A DNA stretch of 54,770 nt, counting the filler, from Bipalium vagum (taxonomy: Eukaryota), in NCBI GenBank assembly GCA_037834085.1. It is 3 parts of 3 records of this genome, joined end to end, with 100 filler letters (N's around TTAATTAATTAA, not from the genome) between each part and the next. Parts side by side here need not be neighbours in the genome. Positions count along the whole stretch, not along the records: positions 31,831 to 54,770 come from JBBMKC010215139.1; 2 more parts are not named here. The stretch is one strand, 5' to 3'. Of this stretch, positions 50,801 through 54,770 are shown one piece after another. Position 1 is the stretch's first letter. Every line of letters starts with the position of its first letter. Both the position numbers and the translations under genes were made by a program. The notes beneath the pieces were generated by a model. That model worked only from the letters and a program-made list of their open reading frames with translations. It made no database searches and was not told where the DNA came from.

Positions 50801-53195
50801 AACCACCGTATTAAATTAATTTGCTGTGAGAATTAAAACAATAAAGTTAATATTATGATTCGTTTTGATTGGAAGGTTTGAAAGAATGACCCACAAAAGA
50901 TGACATGTATCTATTGATTTTTCATTGATTATAACATAATATAATTTTAAAAAAACATTTCAAATATCTTTCTCTAATAATATATAATATTTTTTTTATA
51001 AAATTTTATGTCGCGATTGAATGGTTCTTGATATTTAATCATTGCTTTAAATGACATTTTAAAGTTTAGCTAATGTGACTTGATAATAAAATCTATTTTT
51101 ATGAGCTTAGATTTACTTGGGCTTATAAAATAGTCTCGTGTAAAACATAATCTGATCGAGATTCTGGAAAATGTTACCAAAAAATAATTATATTAAATGG
51201 CTAAATAAAAATGAAAATAAATTTTCCTAATAAAATGAAAAAAATGATTATTTGAATCTTTTTATACAAGACAGATATTTTCAATTAAAATTCAATATAT
51301 GACAAAATATAATTAATTATGTTTATTGATTTTTTTAATTAAATATCGGATATAGATTTAATTATTATTTTATAATTATGAAATAAAAATAATAATTATA
51401 TAATTTTTACTAGACATTAAAAGAACAAGTTACTTATAAATATAAAGTAATCAATATGGAGTAATTTTAAAGAAAATTAATATCTTCCTGTTTTATATTT
51501 ATCTCATAATTCTGGTCATTTTTGCAGCACATTACTATGTCTGTTGTACTCATTTACAAATGGGGTTTAAGACCAAGTTTCAAGATCTTCAGTAAAAAAA
51601 TTTAAAAAAGACATCAAGATACCATTTTTTTATTTATCTCATTTTTTCATGTGTTAAATGTCATTTATCTTTATATATTTTATAGGTAACCCATAGAAGG
51701 TGATTATCGTTTCGATTTAACCCATATATTTTCATTTTTATTAAAATAATACCAAATAAGGCTAAGTCATAAAACCAAACTTTCAATTATAAATGATTAA
51801 TTATTGCTCCTTAATTCAACGAAAAACACGGCCAAACACACATGAGAAAATTGGATTTCGGCAATGGAATTTATTTGGAATTATATATTTTGTGTACCAG
51901 ATTGTATTGCACATTTTGTATGAAACATTGACTGCTGCAAGGTTTTGTCACAGGATCTTAAATTCTTTTTTCTTTTAAACCATATAGACGAGTCCATGAG
52001 CAGGGATATACTGATCAAATCATCATAAAATCGATGCTTCATTCCCAATTTCAATTAAATCTCTGGTGTATTACCTCATTGAATTGACACAAAGTATGTA
52101 TACTTGTGATAATGCAGGTGTATTATGATGTGGGATTTTTTATTTGGTTTCTTTGATTTTCTTTCACATTGTCCTTTATCTCAGAAATGAATATGGAAGA
52201 CATTGATCCACATGAACTTCAACCATTTCCCACTCTTCAAAGTTGTCTGGAACAAGTGGAACCAGAACTTGGTTTCAATATTGAACTTAAGTATCCCCAA
52301 GACTTATGGGTAACGTACAGTCCTTTTTCTTTGATTTTTATTTTTTTCCAATGTAGCATGGTGAATCAGAACTATCAAATTATTTTGATCGCAACGTATA
52401 TATCGACACAATCTTAAAAGTTATCGCAGGTTATGCTCGTAAGCGACGAATATTTTTCTCTAGCTTCGATGCTGATGTCTGTTTAATGTTAGTATCGATT
52501 ATTTGTGTTAGTGATTATTGTGTACATCCATCTATATCTTCAGGACCAGATTGAAGCAAAACAAGTATCCAGTCTTTTTCCTCACCCAAGGGGATACTGA
52601 GGTGTACGAACGATACAAAGATATTCGAGCCCAGTCTTTGGAAAATGCAATGTACTTTGCCAAATCTTTCAATTTCTTGGTGAATATTGAAATAAAACTC
52701 ATAATCATTGTTAAAATCGATGTTTCATTTTCAGGGGTTGTCTGTATTTTCTCCCCTTCTCAGAGATAATGCTGAAATCACACAGGAGATTATCAAAAAA
52801 CATTTAATTCTTTTCATTTGGGGAGAAGAAATTGAGAGCAAAGAGGCGTTGGATCATTGGCGAGAAATGGGTGTCCACGGGGTTATTTACGACAGGTTTT
52901 TGTTTTTTTTCATGTTTTCTGTCAAGCATAAATCCATCATAAGAAAAAAATCATTGTGGTCTGTTCAAGTTTATTATTTATAACACAATGTTTTGATAAA
53001 ATATGTGTAGAGAAACCTTTTCATTTTTATTCGTTTTTTAATATTATTATTAAATCGAGGTTGTGAATTTTCCCTATTTTTTCATATTTACTTAAATGTT
53101 TTATATTTTTTCAATTTAGAATCCATGAATTCAATCAGCCCGGATCTTTGAATATATTTCACCTTCCCTCCACTGACGTGACAGAAATATGTTAG
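38853..53195 (+). CDS. GPCPD1: Glycerophosphocholine phosphodiesterase GPCPD1/GDE5 (N-terminal CBM20 plus GDPD domain), about 652 aa
   Basis: Fifteen phase-compatible GT-AG exons totalling 1959 nt: 38853-39010, 39060-39217, 40919-40978, 45184-45392, 46871-47047, 47310-47475, 47719-47854, 48186-48240, 48300-48392, 48446-48563, 52185-52309, 52357-52487, 52544-52679, 52735-52895, 53120-53195. Motifs: [91 protein letters not shown]. Confidence 0.93.
43855..43880 (+). mobile_element. Orphan Tc1-like terminal sequence in GPCPD1 intron 3
   Basis: TA-CAGTTGCTCCCAAAAGT resembles Tc1 TIR starts; no partner end found. Confidence 0.3.
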
Positions 53196-54021
53196 TCTCA
53201 TGGAAAATTTGCATTAGTAAGCAGAGCCAAGAATATATTTTCTTTTTGTGGTTTTTTTCATCAATCACTGTTGAGATTAAGTTTTTGGACAAAAGCTGAT
53301 CATAATAATAATAATAATAATATTTATTATTTTATCTTGATTTATTTATGAGAAGTTTCTTGGAGTATAATTTACTGTATTTTAGTGTTGTATATTTTAG
53401 ACGATGCTGTTTTGTGTTATTTAATTTATTGTTTTCATTTTGTTATTTTTCTAAGCAATGATCTTTTGATTGTTACCTAGTAACTACTTGGAGTACAATA
53501 TTACTAGACTACCTAAGGTCCATATCAATAAACTTATATATAGTTCATATAGTTCATATAAATGTCCATTAATATTGCCTATACTTTAGTTTTTTAATTG
53601 TTGAGCCTATAATAATTGAGCTTATTTCATTTTTATAGAAGAATCCGAAGTTCATTATTCGATAAAGTTTATTTGTTATCTATAACTCTAATATTAGCGA
53701 TAAATGGCGAAGTTTCATAGGTTAAAGAGTCAGTCGATGGTTGTCTAATACATTGTTTAAAGGGTTAATATTATTTACTGTGTGTATATTAGAATAATAT
53801 AAAGATAGTTAAATGATTTACATATATTTTGAAGGTCATAACATTCTTTCAAAGTAATTTTTAATTAAAAATCAATTTAGTGTAAGAAATTAAATTTGTT
53901 TCGATTAACAAATTTATCTTGATAAGAGTATCATTATTAATAATATAAAATTAAGTAATAATATAAATATTGGGAAAATTAATTAATAATAATTGAAAGA
54001 TTTAATTAGTTAAATTCTCTT

Positions 54022-54410
54022 TTAACCGTTTGCACCGGAGGGGACTAGTATATGGATAAACGCTAACAGAAGGCAACCCTACCATTAAAAATCGAAAAAC
54101 TTGAACAAAAAAATCATGGCTTTCATTTTTACTCATTTACATAACACAATACATAAAAATTAATTAAAAAAAACGTAATCGCAACTTTAAATTTTGTGTG
54201 CACAGCTTTGTATATAAAGTGAATAATGATTTCTATTGTGAAAAATGTAATAATTATTTTCAAAAACTATTTAATAAATAACATGAAGTCAAAAATCATT
54301 TAAAAGAAATAGACAAAATTTCCCAAAATCCGGAAATGTGAAATATGTGATTTAGAATTTAATACTCAAATGCTTATCATATCATAAAGCAATGAAACGT
54401 TCTGTGTTAA
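54022..54410 (+). mobile_element. Possible piggyBac deletion derivative
   Basis: TTAA-CCGTTT start, a Cys-rich tail fragment KCEICD...KCLSYH at about 54332-54390, and a closing TTAA at 54407-54410. A separate AAAGGG-TTAA end lies at 53759-53768. Confidence 0.3.
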
Positions 54411-54770
54411 ATACAAAACTGATAATATTTCATATCTATGGAAATACATAAAACGGTTGATTTAAGTAGTTAAGGAACTGGTACTTCATTGTTCCCTGCC
54501 ACAATTTATTTTCTAAAAATGAATGAAGAATTTTGTAAAAAATATAATATATAAAATAATAAACCATGGAGATATTGAAGGGATCATTAATTAAACCCAG
54601 CAACAATCCAACAATGACAATATCCGACAATAAATCCAACAGCAAATCCAACGACAACAGGACAAGGAGGCTGATATAATAACAATTGACTAAAAACCTT
54701 TTGTGATCTAATTTACAATGAAAATGTGCATGAAAAATATATGTAGTAATCTTTTATAACCTTCGTGATC

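Noticed and set aside
39300-52100. Short ORFs inside GPCPD1 introns as nested genes (for example 42546-42737, 49418-49639, 51793-51978)
   Set aside because: 60-75 aa, low complexity and no coherent exon chain; faint pogo-like (about 42480-42860) and hAT-like (about 49900-50040) traces were too weak to call.

Overview
Very AT-rich eukaryotic scaffold, probably from an invertebrate animal, with GT-AG introns that are either about 45-60 bp or kilobases long. I could assemble two conserved host genes by hand: CCT5 (TRiC/CCT epsilon; 4 exons, 8299-10106, 546 aa) and GPCPD1/GDE5 (CBM20 plus glycerophosphodiester phosphodiesterase; 15 exons, 38853-53195, about 652 aa). An orphan single-pass membrane ORF (7433-8098) lies just upstream of CCT5. 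Most of the rest is decayed transposons: Ty3/Gypsy gag and pol remnants, three diverged copies of one solo-LTR-like repeat, several Tc1, mariner and pogo relics (one full-length IR/DR-type Tc1), a Merlin relic, and weaker non-LTR, Harbinger and piggyBac candidates. There are three assembly gaps, two of them artificial 44N-TTAATTAATTAA-44N joins. The most unusual signal is the core of the three LTR-like copies: nested hairpins with apparent compensatory changes around an invariant CCAAT-containing 16-mer and a TATA box, plus a fourth hairpin whose loop is inverted between copies. There is no evidence of CRISPR, rRNA, tRNA or a prokaryotic system. All calls were made by eye without database searches.
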